From contig CM102286.1 of NCBI GenBank assembly GCA_046563655.1, positions 13,330,001 through 13,394,000 on the forward strand: a DNA stretch of 64,000 bases, read 5' to 3'. Within the stretch, counting starts at the first letter, position 1, and the number at the start of each line of letters is the position of its first letter. Under the pieces are notes generated by a model. That model was not told the DNA's origin. It did no database searches and saw only the letters and a program-made list of their open reading frames with translations. Made by a program: the position numbers and the translations under genes. Origin of the DNA: Yuukianura sp. NJ FZ-2021 (Eukaryota). Of this stretch, positions 44,401-57,900 are shown piece after piece.

Positions 44401-46611
44401 TTGTGTTGGAAAGTGAAAGTGTTTTGGTCATCATTGGAGAACTTTAAGGGGTAAACTTTATGATTGAGTTTTACTTTCTCCGCGGGAACATTTTCACTGT
44501 TGCTTTTTGGTCTAAGTTGAGTAAACTTAAACTTTTTATTTTCTTTTACAAAATACTTGGAGGGAGTAACTATATACTACTTCAGTCGAGGTGAGGAGTT
44601 ACAAGGAAACACTTTTTCTCGATTTTGAAAGTCTCCCATCGTTTCTCTTCAGCAGCCTTAGCCTGAAGATTCAATTTGAAAAAAGTGCTTGAAGAAGTAG
44701 AGTTGTGCTCTTAAGAATAAAAGAAAGTTGGAATCTGTATTTGTTGGGTGTGGGAATCGTTCACTTTCCCTTCCACTTCCCCTCTATTTGATCGACTGAG
44801 TTTGAGTTTGAGTGAATAAGTTGCTTCCCATCGACCCCAACGACCACAAAAGCCACTTCAGACCTTCCAGAAAAAGACTATGCTTTCACTTTGACTTTCT
44901 TCAAAAAACACACCATCAACTGTGAACACAAGGAGAGAGGCATCGCACTTTTCAAAAAACTTTTTTTTGGAAAAGTTCCCTCCCAAAGTGAAGAAAAATC
45001 TGGAAAAAGTACAACATAATATCCATTTACGTGCTACTACATAAGAGGTACTGCGAAAAAGCAAACCTTGGAGCCATAACAGTTTACACTTCACTTTCAC
45101 TTTCAACTTTCTCCACTAAAAAAAGGAATTTGTAAACTCCCAAGTTCCAACTTTCAACTTTCCAACCACTTTTGTCCCAAAACTCCTTTCAAAAGTTTTA
45201 CGTTTCAAAATAAAAAATTTTGTAGCCCTTCCAAAAAAAAATTCAAAACAATCATCAAAATTTTACTTTCACCAGAAAAAAAAACTAAACAAAATTTTTT
45301 GTGATACTGCAGTACTGAAGAGAGGCAGTGAAAAGTGAGGGGAAAAACGAGTTTGAAAAAAAAGTGAAAGTGACGCTTTGCGGTTATCGGCTCGTCTGAA
45401 TTCAAAATTGGGTTCAAAATTCAACGGATTTAAAATTTGGACAGAATGGTCATGTGACTAGTGTTTTTGTACTTTTTAGAAGAAAGTAGACATATAACTG
45501 AGTTAGAATCTAGAAGACTCTATTAGCCCCACCTAACCTTAACCGTGGAAAGGAGTGAAGGAGTAAATTAATTTCTTCACCGAGTGAACTTTCACTCCTG
45601 ATTCTCTCAGTCTTGTAGCTGCTGGACTCCCTTGCAGGAAGTTCCTGGAAGAGGTCTTTCTCCACACCAAAAGATCAACGAACCAAGTAGAAAGGTAAGG
45701 ACTATCTCCTAACTTTTGACATTAAACTTTTAACACCACCACCATCACTACCACTAGAATTACAGGAGGGAAGGAGTGGGATGGATGTGCGCATGGTAGT
45801 GGTCTGATGGGAATTGACTTTGGTCGTAATTTCTACCCACTTTCTCCCAGTAGCATATTAAATTCCAGCCAGACCTAGATAGGTAAAAGCTAACCCAATT
45901 ACCTAACTTTTATCATTTCATTTTATCCAATTTTCATTGTAACTTTGGGTTCTAGCTCCACACTTCCCAGATTTGGAACAATAGTTTTCTACTTTCCTAA
46001 CTTATGTTTTGTTGATGAAAATCTAAGTGCTAAAACGTTAGCAAAACAACGTCAACATCCCGAATGCACAACAAATCAAAAAGCTTAGCTTTCTCACTAC
46101 TGCAAAGCAACCGATTACTTATTTTCTCCATAAATGAAAAGCGAAAGTTTATGAAATTCGAAATTTTATAAAAAAAAAAAAAAAAGTGTCAGAAAAAAAT
46201 TCTGTAAATATTGAAATTTGGATTTTGAAAGTTTTTAAAGCCGCGATGCTGATTATTTTTTTAATGCCCACGATTTTAATTTTTTTTTAAATTGGAGTAA
46301 CGCTACTTTCACTTTCTTCTCATTTTTAGGGAAAAGGAAACGAAAGATAGATATTTGAAAAATTGTAATTTGGGTATTAAAAATCTTGTTTAAAATTTAA
46401 AATTTTGTGTTTTAAAGAACAGAGTGACTCATTTGGAGTTTCCACTTTCACGGGGTTGTGCCTTGTGTGGTGTGGTGTGACATGTGGGCAGATGACTGCC
46501 ACTTTTTGAAGCAAGGGGGAGTCAGTCATAGATTGCTGTAATGATCTAATACGTCGCTGTCCACGACACCACAACAGCACGGGTTCTTAGTCATTTCCAA
46601 CTGTTATATCA

Positions 46612-46670
46612 TTCATACTAGACAGGAAGGTTCCTACAATGTCATACTAGACAAGCAAGGTTCCTACAAC
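46612..46670. repeat. ~29-bp tandem duplication
   Basis: TCATACTAGACAGGAAGGTTCCTACAATG followed by TCATACTAGACAAGCAAGGTTCCTACAAC. Confidence 0.75.
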
Positions 46671-49600
46671 ATAGGAAGAATATCAATATCATAGTTTGAC
46701 ACGAGACACATGGACTTCTGTGTGTTGTAGGCTGGCGGAACAGAGAGAGAAAGCAGAGTGTTGTCCAAAGTTTATTAAATCGATAAATATGATTTATCCT
46801 TCACTTCATTACGGTCGTCAGCTTTTTTTTTTGCCTTGGGTTCAACTACTTTCTCTCCTGAGATTTCCTTAATCACTTTCCTTTTACATGGTTTTTAATT
46901 TTTGTGATTTTTTGAAAATTGGCGCTTTTTCAATTTCAGATTTTAATATGGAGATGAAAATCCAGAAATTCCTGGAGTGGAGAAAGTTATGAATCGATTA
47001 TCGCTAAGGTTTTTGGGTTTTGAAAAAAAGCGGGAAAGAAGAGATTATGATGATAAGCCAGAATGGTTACCCCGCCCCCAAACTTGTCTAGGAATGGGGG
47101 GTGGGGGAAAGTAGTTACTGTGGGTGGGGAGGGGAAGAACTTGTGTAACTCTGCGGGTGTCTCCTCCTTGCTTCCTTTCGTCTTGATGTCGCTTCCACTC
47201 CAAGCTTCGTCTCCGGTGTCATTGATTGCACAAATTAATCATTCCACTCCTGCCTTCAAGATTAGTCGACTTTCTCTTAAAGCAGTTTTAGCTCCCCAGC
47301 CAAAATCTGTTTTCCTTGATTTTCAAAAAAAGCTCTTTTTTAAGGCTTCCCGCACTTCCTTTTTTTCTTTGCCTTTGGTTGATGCTGCTGCCTGCAGAGA
47401 AAGTGGCAGGACGCAGCGGATCCTCTCCAATCGATTTTCTCATTCTTTCGTCTTTTTCCTTTTGATTAATTGTTGGCTCTTTCCCTGCTTTGTAGGAAGG
47501 GCTAAGCTAATAGGCATCCATCTATGTCGTAATACACTTTCACTTTCCATCTTCAGCCAATCAGCAGAAAGAACGGGAGTTCAACACTGATTTATAGTCG
47601 GATTGCCTAACCGTAATCACTCTCTGTTCCTCCATTTTATAATCTCTCATCTTCTTCAGTTGGATTTTAATCAGGATTAATACTGCTGTGACTCTGAATC
47701 ATCTCAAAAGTAATTTATACTAATTTGTCTTTTACCGAAATTTTAATAATTTTGAAAAACCAAATTTTATGTCACTTCGACTTTCACCAAAGCCCATTTG
47801 CTAATTACTGAGTAATTCAAATGAGTAAAAAAGTAAAAGCAAAAGTTAATTAAAATTGAGCTAAAAATATTTTTGAAAAAAAAAACCTTTTCCTTAAAAA
47901 AAAACTTTTTTTCTTTCAATTTTTCAAGAAAGTTTATTAATCAACGAACGTTTCACAAAAAAGCTTTTAAAACTGACGTATTTTTAGCGCTTCTAAATAT
48001 TACAAAGAAAAAATTTTGTGTGTATGTGAAAAGTGTAGCATGTTAGACGTAATTTTGTGCTAATTTGGATTTTTTATGAAACAAAAAATTAAAATGACGA
48101 CTGATGTAATAAATAATTCACTTTGAAACATTGAAGAAGCGTAGGTACCAAAGAATTTGAATTTTGAAAAACTTGATTAACTTTTGTGACATTTCTAACA
48201 ATTTTAATACATTTTTTCCTGTTTTCCTTCTCTTTTTTACTGGAGAAGATTTAAATCAAATTTTCGTTTTCTGGGAAAACCAATCTTGTTGAAACCTACT
48301 CAAATATCAAACAGAAATTTCTCAATCCCAAATCAAATTGTTGACAAATATTTACTTCAATATGTGAACTTGTTTAATAATTTATGGCATCCATTCCGGA
48401 GATCTCAAAATGTCAAAATGCGTTTCTCCTTTTCAAATTTTCAAAAAGTAATCATTTTTCCTTGTATGTCATGACTCATGATACTGTAGATGACGGATCA
48501 AATTTGTTTTCTTGTTCGTTTTTTAAATTGAACTCCAAAAACCATCATTTATGTGGCTTCTCAAAAGAATCGACATTCTACTTGCAAAAAATCCACTTTG
48601 AGATATTTCTTTCAAAAACATCACTTAACCTGTGCATTTCCTCAAAAATTCACAAAAAACCAATGTAAATCTCTATAATGATCATAACACTTCAAGGTAA
48701 AGAAAAAGTAGGTCAACGGCATGCGCAATTCAGGTTCAAGAATGTTTGTTAGGTCAAGTTGTATGCTAAATGTTAAGTTTGTTCCTGCGCATGTGCTGTT
48801 CGTAAACTCTTGAAGTGACAGCTTTTACGTGGGAGGCGTCAGCGTCCAATTGTGTTTGCAGAGCAGCACGGTTTTTGAAAAAGTGTGATGTGCGAAGTGG
48901 TTTATAAGTTCCGCCGCGGTTGGATTGAAGATGACAGGGAAAGAATGGTTTCTTCGTGTCGTAATGTGAATCAAATTGGGGACAATGCCTACTCCTTTCT
49001 CCAGGAAACTGCCTAATGTACACATGGAAATGGTGAAAGTGGTTTAGGAAAAAAAAGACACCCAAAGCTAAGCGGAAGGCCAGCAACATTCAAAAGAACT
49101 TTTTTAAGTCACAGCAAAAGAGAACAGATGAAAAAACTTTCACTTTTCTTTATTTTTACAAGACTTTCGCACTTTCACTTTGCACGAAGAATGGAACCTC
49201 AACTTTCCACACCCAAGTGCTTTCTCCGCCTTTTCAATTTTTCATTATTTTTTTTCAAAAAACTGGAAGAAAAATTTTAAAAACTTTTTTCCAAAGCGAA
49301 ATTCTGCTACCAAAACGGAAAATACATGGCAATCCTCAGGAGAGCTGGAATTTCCAACTCGAAAAACAAAATTCTCCGTAAATTGCAAATTTCAAATTTT
49401 TTCAGAACAAGTTTTGAAAATGGAGGAAATTTGTTTTTATGAGCTAAACGATTTGTTGGAAGAGTTGTATTTATTTTTGGTTTTGAATTTGAAATTTGGT
49501 GGGAAATGATCAATTTCCGTTTCATTTAGACATTCTACCTCCGCAATTGGTTGGAGCAACTTCCTCCTTCCAGCAGCAACACTCCTAACAACCTAATTGT

Positions 49601-52600
49601 GCTCGTTATGCCTCACTAGGCGGACATAAACCATCTAATTTTAATAACGTCTTCCACAACGTAGTTCTGGAAATGTAGAAGTTAGAGTAGTTGGAGCTCT
49701 GGATAGCTCCAGGAAGGTTGTCATCTAACGATATTAGACGAAAGGAGATTGGGAACTTAAATGGATTATATCCTGGAAATGGTTAATTTAAATCCTGCGC
49801 CTTCGTCGCTTCAATGCTCTTCGGCTGTAGTGGTGACAAGTGATGGAGCGAACGCTAACTCGCTGCTCCTGGCACTAGCAACTTCAAATTTTTAGAAGCG
49901 GAAGAACCTACCAACAACCCTCTCACTTCACACTTCAAAATGAGCATTACACAATTTTCAAAAACTTCATTTTTTTAGCCTTCGAGCAAAAATTTTCAAA
50001 ATTTGCAGTTTCCCAATCTCAAGCCCCGAATTAAATGAAATGCTTCATCAAACAGAACGCAAGAAATTGGACTAACGTGCTGCTCAAAATTTATCAATTT
50101 CAAAATTTTCCACCAAAAATGTATAAATTTTTAAACAAACTTTTTTAAAAACTATCCTATAGACAATGCCTCCACAAGAGTTATTTGAAATGATCAAAGC
50201 TGTTGAGATGATCTTCCAGTGCGTTACGTTGGCCAACAGCAACTTTTTTTTGTTGCGCAACATTTTTTTGTTGCGTCTGCGCATGCGTAAAAGTTGGGTG
50301 ATTGGACTAATTCCAAAAGCCTTTTCCATTGTTAAAGTAGTCGAGTCCCATTGAAATTCTCCGTGTGTCATTGAAGTACAGATGAAGCTTTAAGGATCTT
50401 TTTTAAAAAAAGGAGAAAGGGGGCCCTTGAAAATCCTTTTCTGGATTTGGCGATAGAGTGCAACTACACTAGGCGAATTAGTGCGTTCCACTGAGCAAAG
50501 TACCTTGGTCAACAATGGTTATTAAAACGTTGTCTTCATCCACCGCCACACACAACTACTTTACTTTAGTATTACTCTCTCCCTTGTTGACAATTCAAAG
50601 ACTTTGGCAGTTCCCGAGTTTTTCCGGTTGAGCGGAGATTCGGAGCCCTTGGAAAGTTAGAGCAGGCGCTGGAAACCCCTTTTCATCCAGTTGACAGATT
50701 ACTAAATTTGTTAGTGTTCAAACCAACGTTTCATGTTGCCATCCATCCCTCTCTCACAATCACACTGGAAGTTTTCCTTTAGTGAAGAGAGATTTAGTCA
50801 AGCGAATAGAATATAATCGTATCAAACACTTCCCATTCGTTCCGTCCGTTTTCACTTTCACTTCCTACTCCAAAACCAGCAGCTAAGTTTCCAAAACCTT
50901 CACAAAAGGCAACAAACAATCAAATTTTGAAAACCGTCATTCTAATAACCAAAATTTCCTATAGGTTTGTATCAGTTTTGTCAAAGAAGTCGAAAATACC
51001 GTTTCGGAGTCACTTTGAAAACCGGTTTTGGTTTCGATATCGCACTCTGCTCTACAAAACCAAACATACAGACGTTAGTAGTCCAAGTTCTGTTGAGTTA
51101 ATTTCAGCATTATTTTAAAACCAACCGACTTTGGACGGAATCATTGTCTATTGTGAACCAAAATTGAAATTTTGACCCAAAATCATGAGTTTTTTCTCAA
51201 ACCGCGATTTTCACCCCGCAATTCGCGATTTTTACAGCGATTTTCTTTTGGCTACATAATTTTTGTCACCGGTTTGGTTACCATATTAAGGCGTTTGGAC
51301 CAAAAATATAAAGTTAGGGTAGGTTAATGTGACCGAAGGGGTCACAAGAGGGGTCAGCTTATGTCTCTCCATTTATTCCGTGGACCACCAACGCTCAAGT
51401 CGCGTGCACCGAGGTTTTCACTTGAACTCTGTCAGACTAAATCCGGAGTTGCCGTTGACAACGGACCGTCACGACCGTCCGCCTGCTCGTTCAAGCCTAT
51501 TTCCTCTGTGGAATTGTTGTGTGGCCTTAATCCGAATTAGAGACTTTGCTTCCCTAGGCCTATGATAAGCAGATCAGCACAAGAGAGAAAATTCAAAACT
51601 AACCTTACAATATTAGGCTTAACAGACTTTTGTTTGCGTCATCAGGATTTAGGATTTTAGAATGCAGTTCACAATGTTCAGAAGTAGATGAGGGAATTAA
51701 CTTCCTTTTAACCTCAAATCCTATTCGTTAATTTCTCCTTTCCTCTGTAATTTTTGATGAGGAGATGTCAAAACCAAGCCACAAATGAAAACCTAATGGA
51801 GGGGGAAAGTTTCATTTTTGAAAAAAAAAATTCAGAGGCAGAATGTTTCGATTCTCACACTTACGGTTTAGAAAAACACTTTCAAAAAAAGAAATTTTGA
51901 AAAAACGAAGTGTTTTGTTTACTCTACGGGCACCTGGACCAACACTGTTTCTCCCTATTAGATGTTGATTAGGATCAATTTGATTTTTAGAAAGGAGGGT
52001 TTTGAAATAACAATAACAAAAACAGTTTTTCAAAAAATGAGAGCACATGAAAAAATAAAAATTTCGAACAATTGAATTTGAAAGTTACAATAGAAATCAA
52101 AGAATTCCTTTTTCTAAACTCATCACGAACTCTTTAGCACTCTGCTCTCCCTGTTTCACGCTAAGGGTCCCCCACCCTCCCTGTTTTTAAGGGCTCCATG
52201 GACAACGGGGTGTTTTGAAATTCAAAATTTTGAAACACGAAGGAGGGGAGATTTTGAAAAAGAATGAATAGTGAGAGGGTCCTTTTGACCTTTGACACAA
52301 ATGGAGGTCATTAGACTATGAAACTTCAAAAGAAAAATTTCATGCATGTTTAACTTTTTTCTGAAAAATTGCTTACTTTTTTGTTTCAAACTGCAACTCA
52401 ACGAAAAATCGAAGTTTACGGATGAATGAATCCGAATTGCCTCGACTAAGCTCGTAGTTGACAAAATTTACAATTTACAAATTTTACAGTTTTACGATTT
52501 ACAAATTTGTAAACAAAGGAGAAGCATGGAGTGTAAAGTGATGATTAGTGTAGATAATTTATGATTCAAGTCTTTTGGAAAACATTAATAATAATTTAGA

Positions 52601-54921
52601 GCAACGAGAACAATGGGATGGAAGTTTATGTTGAAATTTTGCATTCTCTTGATTGGTTACTCGAGTTTGGCTTTTTGAATAAGCAAGGTTTTGAAATAAT
52701 GGAGAGCGGGAGAGCGGCAGGATTTGAAAATTTGAACAAATGAAGCTCGTGTCATCATTTCCTTTTCCTGAATTAAAAGTTACAACATCCCCCTTAGTTT
52801 TACTTAAACTTTGGTAAACAGTACGTAAATAATTTGTAAAATGTATATTAACAAATTTACAGCTATAAGAAAAGTTAAATTTCCCTCACAGTCGGGTTTT
52901 GGCGGGAGTAACTAATTCGCGGGAATGGATTTAAACCAGAAAAGTTTATTCTGAGAGTGGAAAGTATAATAAGCAGCTGGTTCATTAGAGTGAAAGCACC
53001 GTTGAAAAATTTTTAATTGAAATTTACAGCTCATACGGTCTGATGACTACTAAAAAGAATCAGAAAGAGGGGAGGGAAATTTTTAGAAAGTGCTTTCAAG
53101 TACTTCTGAGCGCCTAATATGGCAGGAACCCTAGGATTTTCAAAATCCGCGCCACAAGGGAAACTCCAAATTTAAACTCCCCCTCCTCTTTTCCCTCCAA
53201 AATGAATGTAATAATTATGATTTCATTTCCTACAGAAGGAAGTTATAAGCCAGTGCTTTCACTCGGTGAAACCAACTTTCACTTAGGATAAGACCTACAC
53301 TTTGTCCCTATTCATTTGCATATCTTTCTCTACTAAGCATGTCTTCTAAAACTTTCTTTGAGCTTAAACTATGTTAGGGTAAAGTGAAAGTTAGGCTGGT
53401 GTAGGAACAGCAGCTTCCAGGAAAGTGTAGAGTTTAGCCGCCTTTTTTCAAAACTCAGCGCTTTCCCTCCAACTTCATTTTTCATCTCATGTTATTTAAT
53501 CCCAGCAGGGACTTGCGACGAAAGACATTCACTGTGGTGCGTCTTCTTTTTTTTCTAGCGCGAAAAGACATCGGATTTCTTTTTTCAAAAATCTCAGAGC
53601 GGAAAAGAGTCTTTAGCACTACTAAAACTTTGCTTTCACCATTTTTCACTTTCTCTTTTTTGAGCCCAGCAGCAGAACCCTCGACCAATAAGAAATGATC
53701 AACTCAAGTGGAGGAGAAAGGAGGGAAAATTTGAAATTATTACATAAATTTAGATGATGATGATGATGATTTTTCATCATTTTCTAACCAAGAGAGAGCT
53801 CCAAATTGAAAACCACTTCAACTACATCTTCATTCTTACCGCACTTATGTACAAACCTACAGCGGAAAAATTTAACAATACGCGGGCTTTTTTGAAAAAA
53901 GCTCTTTGAAAAGAAAAGATTAAAAGAAGCGCGCGAGGCTCAAGGAGGTGGTGACGGATTAAGGACTTTGGGAAGATTCAATTTATTTCACATTTGGAAA
54001 GTCTAACAACTTCAACCAAGCCAGGATTGGCGGAAAAGGGAGGCAGAGTAGCGCTAAAGTTTAAATAAAGAAGAACGTAATAGGAAAAAAGAGCGGCAAA
54101 CAGTTTTTGGTTCAAAAATTTACATAATGGAGGAGTAACGAGTTAACATATCATTATGTCATTTGCTTCTGCCACGGTAATGTCACTTCACCCTCCCTTT
54201 CGTTTTTGAACTAAACTTTTGCTTTTTGAAAAAGTTGTTCAATATAAGGAAAGTTTATGAAGAAAAAAGTAATTCTATTGTTAGAATATTTCGTCTGATT
54301 TCCCTAGACATTTTCAATAGACTTTTTACTTTTTAGAAAAACCAAAATCCTTATTTGTAAAACTTCACACTCTGCAGTCATAAATTATCCACCCCTCAAA
54401 TCCACCCTTTACAAGTGAGAACGTAATTCCTATGTTGAGAGCAAGGCGGCAGAAGATGACTAAAAATAAGACACCGGGATTTTCTGGGATTCTTTTTCAA
54501 AAAGAAAATTTTTAGAAGAATTTTGAAAAAAGGAGTCGGTATTTCGTAATTGAAAAACAAAATCCCGAAAACACGTTTTTGTTTTTTGAAAACCTCGATT
54601 TTCCTATGATTTTTTGAGAATCCATTTCGATTTTTTGAAAATCCATTTCGATTTTTTAACTGTTGAAAAATTTTGTTGAAAAATTAGGATTTTTTTTGAG
54701 GTCGTACAAACCAACTTTCCACTTTTTTCCGATTTTTTGAAAAGTGACTTTAATTTTGTGATTTTTCACAGATAAACTAAATTTGAATAGAAAATGTTTG
54801 AAAATCGTGGTTTGAAATTTTGAAAATTTTAGTTGCAGCACATTATAGCGAGCTTGGCTAAACTTTTTTTCCCCAAACTTTTCTGATTCGTGTCTGTTTT
54901 ATCTGACTTTTAGGGTGAAAA

Positions 54922-57900
54922 ATGAATATGAACGGCGGAACGTCGACCTCTGCAACTGACCCCCATCATCGTGCGAGTGGCGGATACCTTGGAATGGGTG
55001 GACTTCCTGGCTTAGGCAACTTGACCCCGTTGACCCCGCCAACCGGAAATGGATTCGGGGGAGCCGGGATGAGCGGAGTAGGGCTGATGCCCGGGAGTCC
55101 TGGTGTTGTAGGCCCCGAACTCAAGCACCACGCTGACTTTTTATCTCGCCTCCTCGCTGCCACTCCAGCGTATCCCTCTGACGTCGGAAATCCACCACCA
55201 GGATTCTTTTCAGACTGGCTAAGACGACTTGTGTCAAAACCGCCCGGAAATGGAAACCATCATCACCATCATCCCCACCAACAACAACAGCAGCAGCAGA
55301 GTCCCCATCGTCCTGCAAGGGGCTCTCCATCACCACGCGGAATGTCAAGTCCCCCCTCCTCTACGCCTAACTCACTTCAACAAAGTTCTAACATGACCTT
55401 CTCACCTCCAGGGGGACAAGCGGAGACCAATGGAGTGTCACCTCTTGAGTCTCCAAGTGCCCACCACTCAGCGTCTGGCAATGGACATGGACCTGGTAAC
55501 AGTCAAAGCCAGAAAAGACGCAAGCGCACGCGCATCAGCGACCACCATCTTCATCTCGGTCAACACAATACGACCACTGGTCATCACCATTCCGTAAGAC
55601 TTTCGGTTTTTCCCGCGTGATTTTGGAGTTTAAACTGGTATTTCCTCGCATATAATACGCGTCTTATCTGAGAAATTTCAAACAAATTTGGAAGAAAAAA
55701 ATTGTTTTTCTCTGCTGAAAATTGAAGGTTTTTTTTTGTATCGCTTGAATCGCTTTTGATCTTCTGTGAATCCGTCAAATCAATCATTATTGCCATGCTT
55801 CTGGTATCTGGAAAATCAAACTGGCACTCAACTTAGGTTTGCTGCATTTGAGAATTTATGGGTGCGTCTTATACGCGAGTGCGTCTTATAGGTGAGGATA
55901 TACTACTTTTGTTAGTTTTCCGTTTTTTTTAAAGCAGTTTTTCTAAAGTTTGCTGAGATTTTTTTCGTTTTGAACAGTTTTTCTAAAGTTTGCTCAGTTT
56001 TTTCTTCGTTTTGAGCAGTTGTTCTGAAGTTTACTCAGATTTTTTTTTCGTTTTCAGGTTATTTTTTAAATTTTAACTTGAAAAAAAAGTAATAGAGAGG
56101 CGTGGAAGTTGTGCTGGTTTGGTAGTCATGTCATGTCAAGCCGAGCCTTATTTCCTCCTTTCTCTCGGACCGTTTCCTCTTCTTTATGTTTCCATTTCAT
56201 GCAATTTAGTTTAGTATGTCTCAGTGGCATGGAAGGGAGAGTCTGGCAGGAAGCTACCCGGATCCTTCACCCACGAAATCTCTTCGGAATGCTTCTCCGG
56301 GTAGCAGGGTCCTCGGGGTAGTTGGCTCCAGAGGCATAAAGGACGATGACTCAAGGATCCACATTACATGCATGCTTAACTCTTTGCGTTCAATTCTGCG
56401 GAAGAGGAAGGGCTTTTAGGCGAGTGTACTTCATTCCTGTCGCTTAGGACTTATTATAACGACGGGTCTCCAGGGGAGATCATCCCTTCGACTCCGAATT
56501 CCAAATCTACCCGGGCATCCGCAACTTCCAACGAGTTATTAGACCCACTTCACTCCCAAATTGCTACTCGTTAACAAAATCTCTATTCCATTCACTGACT
56601 CTGAACGCCCTTCCAAGCCTCTTCCAAAAGTCCAAACCCTAACAATGAAGAGCTGATAATGAAGCCAAGTAGATTAGAACCACGACACGGTAACAAGACA
56701 TTCTGCTTTTATCCACTTTAAGCCTAAAACTTCCTGTTTTCAATCAATAAGTGAAGCTTAGAATTCTAATCCAGGCGTTAATGGACGCTCATTGTTAAGA
56801 AACATAACTAAATCTAACATTATGACACAAACGTAATGTACGAAAACATAACCCTACATGATTACATTAGGAATGATCCAAAAGGATTAACATAACATGA
56901 CGAAACATGATTACATAAAAAGTGACCTTACTACGTAACACAACATTATTGTATTGACAGGACTCCATAACATGAAATGATGTCAGGCGAACTTCATGAA
57001 AAACGAAAACCTAACATTAGCTAAACATGACTGCATAATGTATGTAGTAACATAAAATTACATAACACGGAGTCTGTGAAAGACAGCGAGCTGATGTCAA
57101 CGTCAAGTAATTTACTAAAAAATTGCAAAAATTGGAGACGGCGTTTTGATGCTGATTTTTTTGTTTTTTTGTTTGTTTTTTTTTGGTTTTTTGTTGTAAT
57201 TTTTGTATAGAAATTGGAGTGACCTCTTGCTTGAAAAGTTCACGCGAGCAAAACTTTTCGTGCGAACTGATACTGAGACACTGTGTGTTTTTTTTTATTT
57301 GCGGTTCTTTTTTGAAAAATTGGTTGATTTTGTGTATTGATTGATTGGGTTAATCAATTAGAAAAGAGAAAGGGAGCAAGGAATGAATAGTTGATGAGTC
57401 AAAATGTCATTTGATGAAATGGACATGGACTCAATGGAGCATATTACCAAAGTGTATGGTCGAGGAGACGTTCAAACTAATTTTTCCCACGCGAACCTAA
57501 CAACAAACTAACATTAGTTTTTTGCCTGGACAGACACAGCAAGGTGCCTGTTTTAACCTAACACTATACCTTGAGGAAGAAAAAAAGAGAAAGTGTGCCT
57601 ATTATTATTGATGGGAAGACAAGGAAATGGGGCAAGACGAGAAAAAAAGAGAAAGCAAACGTTACGAACCCTATTTGTTTCTTAACTTTCCTCAGCATGG
57701 ACTTGGACATAAACCTAACAAAAGAGGAAAAAAAAACTTCACCTCCTGGGTTCATTCATAATGCATGAAGGGATGACTGAAAAGAAAACCTTCCTCGTGA
57801 CATTTCACTGTCTGACTTTGTGTGCTGCCCATCAAATGACCTGACCTTATCTCCTTTTCCTCCACTTTAGAACTTCAACAACACAAAAAAAAGCGGGAAA

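Noticed and set aside
47063..47590. 175-aa plus-strand ORF
   Set aside because: Low-complexity F/L/S content from pyrimidine tracts; no motif or splice support.
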